From Phyllosticta citribraziliensis (lineage: Eukaryota), in contig NW_027117348.1 of assembly GCF_038025025.1 (NCBI RefSeq), positions 1,426,001 to 1,490,000 of the forward strand: 64,000 bases of DNA. The letters are read 5' to 3'. The notes under the pieces were generated by a model, which saw only the letters and a program-made list of their open reading frames with translations, was not told the origin of the DNA and did no database searches. This document shows positions 37,710-51,200 of the stretch, piece by piece (positions within the stretch are counted from its first letter, which is position 1; each line of letters begins with the position of its first letter). The position numbers and the translations under genes were made by a program.

Positions 37710-40386
37710 ATGGCTTCCCGAGGCGCGCGGCGCTTGTTGAAGCCGGCGCTCTACACCGTCGGAGCTGCCACCGTCGGTGGTGGCCTCCTCTACGCTTCTT
37801 GGAGACCCCGCGAGATTCCCGGCCATGAAGACGCTGCTGTCCCTCCTCCTACCTACGGCCCTGGCGGCGCCTTCAACCCGCCCAACTTTCCCCGCGCCAA
37901 GCCGCGCGACGAGCAGATTGCCGACTTGAAAAAGAGTTGCGCAAGCAACGTCGCCGCGGCACTGGACAAGGCAAAGAACACGGTCTCTGGTCTCTTGAAC
38001 TCGAGCTCTGACGGCTCCATCCCGGCTACGGAAAACCCCGACGACGAACCCTATGATCTCTTGGTCATTGGCGGTGGTGCGACTGGTACTGGTATTGCGC
38101 TCGATGCTGCGACTCGCGGCCTCAAGGTTGCAATGGTTGAACGTGACGACTTTTCTAGCGGCACTAGCAGCAAGAGCACGAAGCTCGTCCACGGTGGCGT
38201 CAGATATTTGGAAAAGGCCGTTTGGGAATTGGACTACAACCAGTAAGAAGCGCCAAACCCATAAACTCGCAGGATAGGCTGACCATTCCAGGTACAAGCT
38301 CGTTGTCGAAGCTCTCCGGGAACGACGTTACTTTTTGCACACGGCTCCGCATCTCTCTCACTGGCTCCCGATTATGATTCCTATCCAAAAGTGGTGGCAA
38401 GCGCCCTACTTTTGGGCCGGAACAAAGTTTTATGATTTCCTCGCCGGTTCCGAAGCCATCGAGACGTCGTACTTTCTCACCAAGAGCAAGGCCATCGAGG
38501 CCTTTCCCATGCTGAAGAAGAGCGGCCTCGTCGGTGCTCTGGTCTACTACGGTATGTGAGCATGCGCTCCTCAAGTCCAAGGCTAATTGGTTTAGATGGT
38601 GCTCACAACGACTCTCGGATGAACGTCTCGCTTGCCATGACTGCGGCGCTTTACGGCGCCAACGTCGTCAACCACATTGAAGTTACTGGTCTCGAGAAGA
38701 ACGAACAAGGCAGGCTCATTGGCGCTCGCGTCAAGGACTGCATCCAGGAGTCCGACGGCAAGCCTGCTGAGGAATTCACGATCCGCGCCAAGGGCATCAT
38801 CAACGCAACCGGTCCGTTTACCGACTCGATTCGCAAGATGGACGACCAAAAGGTTCCGGAAATTGTCGCCCCCAGCTCTGGTGTCCACGTCATTCTGCCC
38901 GGTTACTTCTCTCCCCAGCGCATGGGTCTGATTGATCCCGCAACGTCCGACGGCCGTGTCATCTTCTTCTTGCCCTGGCACGGAAACACGATTGCTGGTA
39001 CGACTGATGCGCCCACCGACATCAAGCAGAACCCCGTCGCTGGCGAAGAAGAAATCAGCTGGATCCTCAACGAAATCCGTGGTTACCTTGCTCCCGACAT
39101 CAACGTGCGTCGCGGCGATGTCCTAGCTGCCTGGTCTGGTATCCGCCCTCTGGTGCGTGACCCCAAGGCCAAGAAGACGGAAGGTCTCGTTCGCAACCAC
39201 CTCATCACCACCTCGGACTCTGGACTCATGACCTGTGCTGGCGGCAAGTGGACCACTTACCGTGAAATGGCCGAGCAGACTGTCGACGAAGCCATCAAGG
39301 AATTCAACCTCAAGACCAGGCCCATCACCAACCCGCCACGCATCTCTGGCACCGACATTCGCGATGAAGTCGAGCTTGACGGCAGCTGCCAAACCCACCG
39401 CGTCCGCCTGATTGGTGCACACGGTTTCTCCAAGACCCTCTTCATCAACCTGATCCAGCACTTTGGCATTGAGACCGACGTTGCCACGCACCTGACGGCT
39501 GCCTACGGCGACCGTGCTTGGACTGTTGCTGCGCTCTCCGAGCCCACTGGCGAGCGCTTCCCCGTCCGTGGCAAGCGCATTTCCCCGCTGTACCCTTTTG
39601 TCGACGGCGAAGTCCGCTACGCTGTCCGCCACGAGTACTCTCAGACTGCCGTCGACGTCATTGCTCGCCGCACCCGTCTTGCATTCTTGAACGCACAGGC
39701 GGCTCTGGAGGCGCTCCCCAAGGTGATTGATCTGATGAGCGAGGAGCTCAAGTGGAGCAAGAGCAGACAGGAGCTCGAGTGGAAGCAGGCCGTCAACTAC
39801 CTCGGCAGCATGGGCCTGCCCAAGAGCAAGCTCAGCCTGACGCGCGAGGACGTCGAGCAGGGCAAGGTCGGCAAGTACATTGACGAGGAATATGGCCTCT
39901 ACGCAAGGCATGGTAAGTCGCATCCCTCCGCTCCACTCTACGGAGAATTCCATTGTACCACCCCCCTTTGCTTTCGCCAAGCGTGCACCGCATCTGTATC
40001 ATGTACACGCCGTGCCGGTATTCATTCCTGGCGCGCCGCTGTCGTGGCCGCGTTGCACGGCGGGGCAAGACGCACAAAATCATGTCTCGCATTCTCGCTC
40101 GCGTCCGCGCCCGGTTCTCGTCACACTTGGCCGTCGTACACGCACGAGCGCGATTGCATGTACATGATCTAGCCACCACGACGGACGGCAGTGGCAAGAC
40201 GTCGAACCACCGTCGTCATTCAAGCCAACCGTCGTCATTCAGCACAACACATTGCCAGACTCTAGAGCGAAGACGGCAGCATGCTAATTCTTGTGATTGA
40301 CAGACAAGCCCAGCGAGACGCTCCCCTCCGACTCTCACATTCCCGCAAACCACAACCCTGTCCAGGGCGCCGACAGCGCGGCATAA
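37710..40386 (+). CDS. GUT2: Mitochondrial FAD-dependent glycerol-3-phosphate dehydrogenase (introns 38243..38291, 38552..38595, 39913..40303)
   Basis: [67 protein letters not shown] and GGKWTTYR, with a presequence-like N-terminus. The last exon is inferred from gctaat..cag. Confidence 0.95.
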
Positions 40387-43300
40387 GCTGCGAGTAGCAG
40401 GGCTTCGCCCCGCTGGCTGATGTGCTGGCTGTCCGTCCATCCGTCCGTGTGCGGCCCCCCGCAGACTACCTGCTGTATATGCCTCCTCCTCATCCTCCTC
40501 TTCCTCCCCTAGACCTACATGCATCTTCAACCCGGCCGGGGCGCGGCAGACAGACAGCCAGCGGTCGTTGAAAAAGTTTGCACTGCTGCTTCTGTTGTGC
40601 TACCACACCACACCACACACGACACACTCCACCAATCGAACCGAACTGGACCTCGTCGACGAATCGACCGACCGACCAACCGCTTCCCCTCTTCTCCTCT
40701 CGTGCTTCTGCGCCTGATCGTTGATTGGCTACGTAGCACCTGTCTCTCTCACCCACCCTGCAACACTCCCAAGTCTACATTTTCTCCGTCTCGTCTCCGT
40801 CTCTCCTATGTCGACTACTGCATGCATGCGCGCAGCCAGTACGACACAGGCGCGCCACGTGCATACGGTACCTACCTCCCTGCCTGCCTGCCAGCCTGCC
40901 GTGCGGCAACAGGAAGAGGAGGGTGGGAGCCACTCAGACTTGGCTTGGTCAGGCTTGGCCAGGCTGAACTGGACACGGAGCGTCGGCGGCGTATGTGTTG
41001 TGTTGTGGTGCGGTGCGATGTGATGTGATGCGATGGCGTCAGTGGGCGACTGCGGCGTGGTGGCATGGTGGTCGTGGTGGTGATGCGGCGGCGGTGGCGG
41101 TGGCTGCTTGCTTGGTTGCTGTCTGTCTGTCTGTCTGTCTGCTGTCGTGCCACCACCACCACCACCACCTCTACCACCAACATCACCATCACCGGCGGCA
41201 GGAGAAGCAGCGCACCAGAATCTCTCGCCATCTCCCGTTTTCCTTTTCCTCTTCCTCTCTGAAAGTGTGGTGGGATGGAGTGCGTCGGCCGGTCATGTCA
41301 GGTCGGCACAGTACGGCAGATCTTTTTCTTATTTCCCCCCTCATCATCATCATCATCATCACCACCATCATCTTTTTCACTATATCCACCAGATAGTTTT
41401 TTCTCCTTTTTCTCTTTTTCTCTTTTTCTTTTTTGGTTGGCTGTTGGCATGAATTGAATGAGAGAATGGAGTGGATTGATTGAAGTGGATTCAGTGAGTT
41501 GGAGTGACTGGTTGGAACTGAAGGCCACCAGTGAAAGGAGTCGAGTCGAATAGAGTAGAGTAGAGGAGAAGGAAGTAATAGCATGGCATATACCACCACC
41601 CATCTTGTACTGCATCGTCATTCAAATGACATACATATAGTGTGCTTGCTGTTCTTCAACAAATTCTCAGTAAACAACACTCGACTACAAAACCTATCGC
41701 ACGCTGTCACTCTCTCTCTCGCAGGCCGCGCGCACACGTTGCCTCCCTACGTTCGACGTTCAACTTTGCGGTTATGGCCTAATGCGGCTTAGCTCAGCTC
41801 AGCTCAGCTTCGTCGCCTACCGTACCATTTTCCTCTATCGACTGCTCTTCCTCTCTTCCTCGCTTGCTCTTCCTCTCTTCCTCGCTTTCTCTTTCACTCG
41901 CTTACAATAACAACACAATAACAGCAGAAAGAAAGACAGAAACAAAGACAGATAAAGACAAAAACCACCACGTCCCTGCCCAGCCAGCCAGCCAGCCGGC
42001 CAGCCGGCCAGCCGGCCAAGCAGCCAATACGCCAAGGACGCAAGGACAAAGCACACGCAAGGCTCGACAAAACGACAAGACACGCGGGAGGCAACACGAG
42101 CCGAGAGGGCTGAAGAGGGCTGATGAAGGCTGCGTGTGCCTGCCAGGGTCAGCCCAGTCAAGCAAGGCATCAAAGGCAAGGCGCGAGGGCTGGTGAAAGA
42201 ACGGTCGGTCGGTCGCTTGAAAGGACCTGACGATTGAACGAGAGAGCGTTTGCGTTTGCGTTGCGTTGCGTGGTATGGTAAAGAGGGAGAAAGCACATGG
42301 TCACCTCGTCTCAAACCGATACATACCAGCGCAAACAGATTCACAAGTCGGACCTTCCAACCACAAGGACCAATGGCGCCAGTCTACGTGTCTGCCTGCC
42401 CATCTGTTTGGCCGTGCTCTCGAGCTGCTGCGTGCTCACCACATGCCCAGTGCTTTCTCCCTCAGTGCTCTCTCGCCGCTCAGTGCGTCCGGTGCGGTAC
42501 GTGCGTGCGTGCGCTGCGTCGTTTCATATACACAGTTGCTCGAGTGGTCTGTGTGCGTATATACTGTATGTACTCGATTCGATTCCTTTTGTTGTAGGTG
42601 TGTCTACTGCTACTACTTCAGCTACAGCTAGCTACTACCACCACGTATGTGTGTATGGCGTTTTTCTTGAGTAGAGAGGTAGGTAAGGGAGGGGAGATAT
42701 GTAGGGGGTCGTGGTAGTAGTAGTCGTCGTACCCTGAGGCAGCGTAGAGTAGAGTAGTAGAGTAGTAGTGTAGTAGAGTAGAGGTAGGTCATGGTCCATC
42801 GTGTCTTTCTTATCCGTAGCCGGTCGTGCAATCCAACATCCCAATCCAACATCCCATCCAATCCAACAACAACAACGACAGAATCGAAAGGAAAGAAAAC
42901 TTCTTTCTTCCCACGTCATCCCACATAGTCAAAACCCGTCCCCAAAACGAAAGAGAGAAGAAAAGAAAAAAAGAAGTGGTGTCGTATCTCCCTTGCCTTT
43001 CCTTTGAAAAACCGTCAACGCCCCAGCCCCGCCCATCCCACGCCGCCTGTCCATCAACAACAACAACAACCACAGACAGACAGACAGCAACGACATTATC
43101 AACGCCGGTGTAAATGCTAAGAATATGCCAGCCTCCCCTGCTTTCGTGCTTGCTTGCTTGCTTGCCCTGTTTAATGCCCGGTCCCGGAAGAATGTGTGAG
43201 GAAAAAGAAGAAACGAAACAAAAAGATGGCCGCCTCCAGGAGCGGAAGAAGGAAAAAGTTGTACGGTGCACCCGGCCGGCTTGGAACGGTGAACGGACCT

Positions 43301-43654
43301 GGGGCCGGGGCAGGCGTCTGGCCTGGTGCGAATGCAGCGCTCCATCTGAGACGGGATCGAGATGGGAGTCTCAGGCCCCCGAGAGAGCGCGGTGCTAGAC
43401 TTCGCGGACCTGGAAAGGCCGCGAAATGTCCATGGCGCTGCCGCCTTCGTCATCCGACGACGCCGAGCGGTCCTTTGACGAGTGGCCAAACTGGATGGAG
43501 AGTCTCCTGCCGGCCAACTGGCGGAAGGAAAAGCCTATCGGAGCAATTGTGAGTCCGGGATGATTCCTGGCGAGAGGAGAGACTAGTAGGTAGATGGGGC
43601 CGGATGGTGGTGTCCAGTAGGGGAGAAGTCCTTTGTTGGCAAGAAAATCGTGTT

Positions 43655-44860
43655 TCAAAACATACCTCCCTCCATTTGTTGCTGATCGGCGTGATCCTGT
43701 CTCATGTGGCCGCTGCTTCGCTTTTTCCAGCCCAATCTGCTGCTCATGCGCTTCCAACTGCTGCTTTCTCGGCTGTTGCCAGGGCTCGGAGTGCTGCCTG
43801 CCGTGGGACATCCATAGTCGCTCATGGGAGGCGTTGTCGGGGGCGTCATTGGGTCGCCCGTGGCGCTGGGACTGCTAGCCGTCGAGTCGTCCGTCAGGCC
43901 CTCGCGGTCCGAGGGCGAGGCAACCGTCGAGGAGGCGGCCGAATGCGGGTGGCGAAAGTGCGAAGCGCTGGCGAAACGGGCGTGGGCGGCGGCGCCAAAG
44001 TTGCGCGTAACATTGGAGAAGCTGCTCGTCAGCGACGAGGGCGCCGAAGCGCGGTGGGTGTGCGGGCCTGCTGACGAGGGATGTTGTTGTTGTTGTTGCT
44101 GTGCGACGACGTCGCGACGCAGGGCGCGCTCGTCGTAGGATCGGGTGTAGGAGTGAGACAGGTTCTCGTCGCTGGTGTTGTAGGAGGAGGAATCAGCAGC
44201 ACTTTGCGGGGACAGACTGTTGAGGAAGGGAACCAAGACCGACTCCTCCATGAGCTCGTAGATTTTGCGGACGGCGGTGTCCAGGGTCGAGGGATGCGGG
44301 GGGATGCAAGGATGCGACTTTTCCAGAAGGCCGTCTCGTACGTCTGACGGGAGATTGACTTCGCGGGGGCCGTTTGGTGCAATGTAAGCGTCGAGCAGGC
44401 GCTGCCACAGCATGCGCACAAAGTTGCATTCGTCGGACTCGGGGCAGACGGCGGCTTCGGGGTTGGCGCCCACCATCTTGTCGTAGTGCTTCTTGTAGCG
44501 CGAGGCGTCCATGGTGAATTCGAGGGTTTCGAGGCAGTGGTTTTGCGAGAGGTAGGCCATGAAGGCGGACAGGGTCCAGGGCGGCGAGCCCGTGTTGGCG
44601 AGGATCTCGGAGAGGTTTGGTCGTCTGACGCAGTAGGGGCCTTGAGCATAACCCTTGGGGATGGTGACAGTCAGGGGCCGGGCGGGGACATACTCCGAGG
44701 ACGACATTTTGGAGGGGGTCGTTGTGGTGGTGGTGGTGGTGGATGTGGAGGCGGTGGTCGTGTCGTGGTCGTCGAGCAGCGAGGCGGGACGCGACGATGC
44801 AGCAGACGACGAGGAGGTCTTGAGACGGAGGGCGGGAGGTTGGTTCCTGCGGGAGTGCAT
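43655..44860 (-). CDS. rgsA: Regulator of G-protein signalling, RgsA/Rgs2-type; start uncertain
   Basis: RPNLSEILANTGSPPWTLSAFMAYLSQNHCLETLEFTMDA..YIAPNGPREVNLPSDVR..IYELMEESVLVPFL. Alternative in-frame ATGs lie at 44707 and 45445. Confidence 0.85.
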   Translation of the reverse strand: MHSRRNQPPALRLKTSSSSAASSRPASLLDDHDTTTASTSTTTTTTTTPSKMSSSEYVPARPLTVTIPKGYAQGPYCVRRPNLSEILANTGSPPWTLSAFMAYLSQNHCLETLEFTMDASRYKKHYDKMVGANPEAAVCPESDECNFVRMLWQRLLDAYIAPNGPREVNLPSDVRDGLLEKSHPCIPPHPSTLDTAVRKIYELMEESVLVPFLNSLSPQSAADSSSYNTSDENLSHSYTRSYDERALRRDVVAQQQQQQHPSSAGPHTHRASAPSSLTSSFSNVTRNFGAAAHARFASASHFRHPHSAASSTVASPSDREGLTDDSTASSPSATGDPMTPPTTPPMSDYGCPTAGSTPSPGNSRESSSWKRMSSRLGWKKRSSGHMRQDHADQQQMEGGMF

Positions 44861-46444
44861 CCCAATCCAGGTGGAGCTTATGGGGTCGGAAAAGTGTGGA
44901 GACGGTCGGGGCTGGAGAGGGGAAGGTGTGTAGGTGAGGTTGGGTCGCGCGAGACGAGAGGGAAAGGAGGCGGTCGTGTTTTGGATGAGGGGAAACGAGG
45001 AATGGCTTTGGATTTCAGGAAGGATGGTGGTGGGTAAGCGGGTGAGCCAAGGACAGGACCGGACAGGCAGGACAGGACAGGACAGGACAGGTTTGGTGTG
45101 GTCTGGTCGCGTTAGGCGTCGGCGGTGCGCTGGTTCTAGGCCGAAGAGGGCCGTCGCAACAGCAGCGCCTGAAACGGGAGGTAGCGTATGGAAGCCGGAG
45201 TCAAGGATGTGGAGCGATGGGCTGGGCGGCGAGCGAGTCGTTGGATTATTTATTCTGAGCCCGAGACATTTGGCAGCGACAGCCGCAACCAGATGGTTGG
45301 GATGAGGTGGTTTTTTCTGCACACGGGAGCAACCAAGACAAAGAGCTAAAGTGACGGCATTGCGCGGCGCTCGCACACTAATGGGCCGCCACGGCGCCGT
45401 CGAAGCCCGATCGAACGCGCGTAGAAGCTTTGTTGGACCAGCCATGGATGGATGGTGTTTTGATTCGGTCGGTCGGTCGGCCGGCCAAAAGCAGCGGGAC
45501 AGGACAGGACAGGACAGGGCAGACAGCACAGACAAGACACGGCAGTCCTGGCTCTAGGTACCTTAGCTTAGGTACAGTGGCAGTGGCAGTGAGTGAGGCC
45601 TGAGAGACGGAGACGGCAGCCGGCGCCAAGGCCATGAGTCAGCGTCAGTGATTGCCCGGGACCCCTGCATTCTTCTAGCCGCCTTCTAGCGCCTTTCCAG
45701 AAGTTTGCCACTTGCAGCCTGCCCTGAGCTGCCTCCGCTCTCCCTCCTCTTGTCCTCCCTCAGGTCAGGTCCCTCCCTTCGTCATGGCCACGGTCACGGC
45801 CCTGTATTTCGACGGTCTGTCTTGTCTCTCCCTGGCTCTTGTTTTTCTCGCTCTCGCTTTTTCCCCCCCTCTCTCTCGTGTGATTCTGCCACCCCGATTG
45901 CCGAACACATCACCTTCTCTCTCCCCAGCTTCACTCACTGCCCAGCCACAACAACCACGACGACGAAAGAAAAATCCAAACCGGTCCGTTGCCCACTTCA
46001 GCCTGATGGCCACCTTTTTCCCTTCTCTTCCTCCCCTCCTTCCCCTTCCTTCCAGCCACCAGGAAAAAAAGGGCCTGTCTAGCTCCACCACAGTAGTCCA
46101 TGCCTCACAACCCATGTCAACCGAGCAACGCCCATTTCTTCTTCTGTCGCTGCGTTTACGTTTGAGGCGTTCCAGCGCAAAAAAACGCCCCCTCCACCCC
46201 CCCAAGCATCCATGCTTCCCGGACACGTATCCCAATCTAGGGATTTTCTGGAGGGCGCGCCTTGGCGATTTTCTTTCTCACGCTAGTTCCCTACATGCCC
46301 TACCCGCCAACAGAAACAAACCAATAAACACACAGACTGTCTAGGGATCCCCCGTCTTGCTCGCCATTCGCCCGTACGACGACCACCACCACCACCACCG
46401 TACCGTATACCACCTGCATGTCGTGTGGGTGCGCCAAGTGAGCG

Positions 46445-48160
46445 TTACTCTCGCTTGTTGCCACCACCACCACCGCGGCCAGCGTTTTTGCCAACGGCCT
46501 GCAGCCGGCTGCCGGATCTGGTCTCGAGAGCCGCGATGCTCAAGTCCCACCCGGCCGCCTCGAGCCGTTGGCGAGCCAAGCCGCGCCGCCGCGGCAAAGC
46601 ACCTCCTCCAACACCACCACCAACATCAACTCCCCTTCCTTCTCCCTCGCTCTCATCAAACATGTCGCGTGCACGCTCCAGCGTCAGCTGCAGCTCGGCC
46701 TCGCAGGCCGCAAACTCGTCCGCTGCTCCGTCCTCACCATCTGCACTGGCCCCTCCGCGTCCTCCAGACGAGAGAATCTCCTGCGATGCTCCCTTTTGAC
46801 CACCCGCTGGCCCTTCCCTCTTCCCGTGTTGTTGTTGTTTTTGCTGTTGTTGATGCCTGCCGGCATACCGCCCGGCCATCATGAGCGCCTGCGCCCACGC
46901 CTGCACCTGCGCCACGGGCCCGGCGTCCTGCTTGAGCACGATGAGCGCCGTCCGCGTCTTCGCGTCGAACCACAGCACGTAGGCCTCTTGCTCGAAGATG
47001 CGGAGCAGCCGCGCCAGCGACGGGGCGGCAGCGGCGGCGGCGGCGTGACGGGCTTGCTTCTCGCCGCCGCCGGAGCGCCCCAGCACGCGTGCGCCGCTGC
47101 CGGCTATTCCAGCGCCAGACGAGGACGCGGACGGCAGCACAGCAATCACCTCGCCCAGCGCAACGCCCAGCCTGCCCCACCCAAGCACCTCGCGGCGCGC
47201 CCCCCTCAACACGCCGTCGCGCAGCTCAAAGACGCGCTCGTAGCGCTGCGCCACGTCGAGCGGCGACAGCACCTTGTCGGCCTCGAGCAGGTGGGCCAGG
47301 ACGACGTTGGCGCGCTGCCGGTTCAGCGAGCGCATCGCGACGGAGCGCACCGCCATGTAGTTTGTCCACAGGTGGATGGCGAGCAGCACGATGATGAGGA
47401 GGAGGGCGAGCGACTTGGAGGTCACGGCGCTGACGACCACGCTGCCGGCCTGTGGGGAGGGGTTTGTTAGTTTGTTGTTGTTGTGCTATTAGAGGGGGAT
47501 TGATGGTGAGGTGAGTGAAAGTAGACGCGACAACAATGAAGTAGAGAACGAAAACACGACGGAAGAAAAGAAACAAAAAAAAACCCCATGTGTCCACCAT
47601 CCTCATCCTCATCCTCTTTCCTCACCACCACCTACTCCAACCCCCAACAACCACCCTCCTCACCCTTCCACCCACTCCCAAAGCAACAGAGCAAGAGCAA
47701 GAGCAAGGATCCCGCCATCGGGCCCCGGCGCGCGGCAAGCAGACAAACAACCAAAAAGCCAACCCAACACAAGCTCTCGCCCGTATATGTGCGGCAGTTG
47801 AACCCTGCTCCCTCCCCAAGTCTGCTCTTCCCCTGCAGCCAGCCAGGCAGCGGGGCGGCATTTGCTCATGTCATGCTTTGGTGATGCATACACCCACACG
47901 CATACAGTGCACATGCCTTGCAAGCGAACAAGCGTGCATGCACGACAGTTCTGCCGCGCGCGCGCGCGCGCAGGCTGGCCTTCTGGAAGGTTGGCGTTGG
48001 CGTTGGCGCCAGCGTTGTTGATGCTTCTCTGTTACTGCGGGCTGCGGTGGGTTTCTTCTTTCTGGGTCGATGGGAGGTTGTGTGGTTGGTGCGGGTGAGA
48101 GACTGACTGACTGCTGCAGGCGTTGCTTTTGCTTCTGCTCTTGTTTTTGCGTCGTGTTTA

Positions 48161-48204
<44 letters not shown>

Positions 48205-51200
48205 GGCGGAAGGTAGGTTCTTCGATCATGCTTCTGCTTCTGCTTCTGCCGCGCCTTCTGGAAGGTTGGCTTGTTCCATGCCATGCCACGCCATGCCACG
48301 CCATGCAATGCGAGTTTTGCTTCGGGATTTTGTTTGGCGATCAGGGAGCATCTCTCTCCGAGCGCGAGACGGGACTTTCTTCCTCAGTCATCGCGGCATC
48401 TCGTCGCACGTTGACCGCGTTGCCTACAGCAGACTGGCTGGTTGGCTGGCCGGCTGCCTACGCAACTTGCACACAGCGACCTTTCACCAACCGCCGCACG
48501 ACACTCTCCCTCTCTCTTCGAGTCGCCTGTCTCCCCACGAGAAGCAACATGTTCGTCACGCAAGCGAGCCAGCGCTCGAGTCGCGCGAGATGCTCGCTAC
48601 GCTGCGCCGCGCTTGGCCAGCGTGCGGTAGGTAGGCTGTGCTGCCCTGCCATCCGCCTTCTCACAGGGACGCCGACGGTGCGCCGCCGGCTACCACCACC
48701 ACCCCCTTGGTGAAAAGAAGTAGAAGTGGACAAGCAGGTACTCCTAGGCAGGTAGGTCGATGTCGTGGGCCTGACACGGCGCATCGTCGTCGTCGGCGCC
48801 GCAAGCCTGCCTGACGCCCTGTCCGCAGGCAGCCCACTCCACCCGCAGCCATCACCGCCGCCGTCCCTGACAGCCGGGACCGCCAGTAGCAACAACAGCA
48901 ACCGACGATGATGGTGATGATGGCGTGGCGCAGCGCAGTATAGTCGGCCTAACTCGCGGCGTCCTTGGCTCGATGACGGCCTGGCTGCCTGATCTCGGGG
49001 AGGTCGGCTGGCGCCGGCTACCGCCTGTACCGACTGCGACGACACGACTGCGACGGCACAGCTGGTTGGCTGGAATACACGGGGAGGTAGGGTTGAGGCA
49101 GTCAGGGACATTCGCATAGCTGTGTTCTCCACAAAACCCACGGAGAGAGACCCTTCGTTTTTGCGTTTTGCCTGAATGGCCGACTCCTGTCGTGTCCATC
49201 TCTGCCCCCTTTCTGCTGCCCGTCCGCTCTGACCTGAGAGAATTTGTTCGTGTTGACGGCGCGACTCGCTGCTCGACCACGCACGCCATATTGTCGTTGT
49301 TGGTATCAGAGCGCTGTGGTGGACGCACGCATGCGCATGACTTGTGCAGGGGGTGCGGGTACAGCAAAAAATCTCATGGAGCCGACGCAGAGTCAGAGAC
49401 CGCGGGAACTGGCTCGCAGCCGACGCGCTTCTGCAATGGGCGCCGCAACCCAATCAGCCAGCCATGCAGCGCGTCAAAAGACGTACGGACACGCTCGAGC
49501 AAGACGAACAGCGCGTATCGGGGCCAGGCTGACTAGCTGGCCGACCGTTTGCCTGCCAGAGCAGCCTCGACTCATCCATCATCGCATAGGCTTTGGCCGC
49601 CAGCCAGTGTAGTGCGCGCGAGCTTGTACAGCACTTTGAGCCTGAAGCTTGCCGCTTGATTGAACACTTCGTGTCGACAGACGGCGGGGCAAAAGAAGCG
49701 CCTAAGTAGGTACTTGGCGATAAACTTCTCGATTGCAACTCTCTCTCGCGTATCTCCATGTCCACAGAGACCGACTGACTGTCCGACCAACCGACCGACC
49801 GCCACATCAGGCTGATTTGATGAGGACGAGCATGAAGAAGGCGATTGAGACGGAAGCAAAGAGGCGCAAGGTAAATTGCGTGCGAGTCGAGACGCAGGTT
49901 GCGAGGTTGTTTGCGCGATGCGAGGCGTTGAGTTTGACTTTTTTCCTTGACGCCGCTCCGTACAGGGAGCTGGGCCGGATCATAGTGCGTCCGCATGTCC
50001 GCACGTAGGGAAACTTGCTGTCCGTGATGGGCGTGACATGTTTCGGACATTTGTTTCGAAGAATGTCCTTGTTGTTGTCCACGCTCTTGCAACCAGCCAG
50101 CAATATGGCTGTCAGGTGAAGCAAAGTCCGGGATCCAGAAGGAATGAAAGGCGACTAATGAAGGACGCGTGACTTTGCAAGGAAATGGAAGAAGTGACAA
50201 CCATGGCGCCAAAGCAGGACAGAGAGAAAAGGAAGTACGTGTAAGAATGCCAAACGAAGTAAAAAAGTAGACTTACCAACATGCCCATGAGCGAAATCAC
50301 CGTCTCTTGTGAAGAGTCTTTCTGTCTTCAAGTCAGCATCTAGTCCATTGCCAAACAACACCCAACCCAAAAGAGCTGCTGCGCTGCGCTGCGACACCAT
50401 GAGTCAAGTCTCGACATCTCAGTGCAAACCAGCCATCCTCACACCTCAGGCCTCCCTCAAGCCATTCTGCCCTACCCAACGCGCTCACCGCCTTGCCCGT
50501 TGACAGCCCTACCGATCATTCCAAGCCATCTCCCCAGACCCCGTGAGCTTGAGCCTGCGAGGTCATGCGTTCGGACGGATAGCTCCGGAGACCGGAGCAC
50601 GCACCCTTTTGTTGCTGCACGGCCGCGGCCGAGGCCGGCGGCGGATCCTCGCGGAAGCTTGTTGGCTCGTGGCCATGGCAAAGGCGAGAACCTTGAGCAA
50701 AGGGGAGGCGGGGATGAAAAGTGGGTGAGCTGTGCGGAGAAAGGGATGGGTAGGCGGGAAAATGATGAAAAAGCTCAAGGGAGCTGATGACATGAAAAGT
50801 GGAGCTGTTGAAGAAGCAAAAAGAAAACGAGAGAGACTGTAGATGGGACAGCGAGAGGAGGGCAACAGAAAGGGGTGTCAGGAGAGAATAGAGCAACACC
50901 ACGGCCAGCCCAGGACCAGAAGTCGTGCTGACAACCCAAGGTCCCGGAACCACAGCACCAACCCTCCACCGCGCTTCCATCATCCAGTCACCCCACCTCA
51001 TCCACAATCTCGTCAAGCTCCGCTCACCCCACAAACCACACCATCCCGACTGACTTCCACTTTGGTTCGCGTTCAGTCAGGTCAGGTTCTAGATTTGGGT
51101 TTCTGATCTTGAGCGGGCTCGGGAGTTTGACTTTGGTGGCAGGGGCTGCCCTGGTTTCCCTGACCCCGGCACATCCCAAGTGCCGCGTGAAACCAAAACA

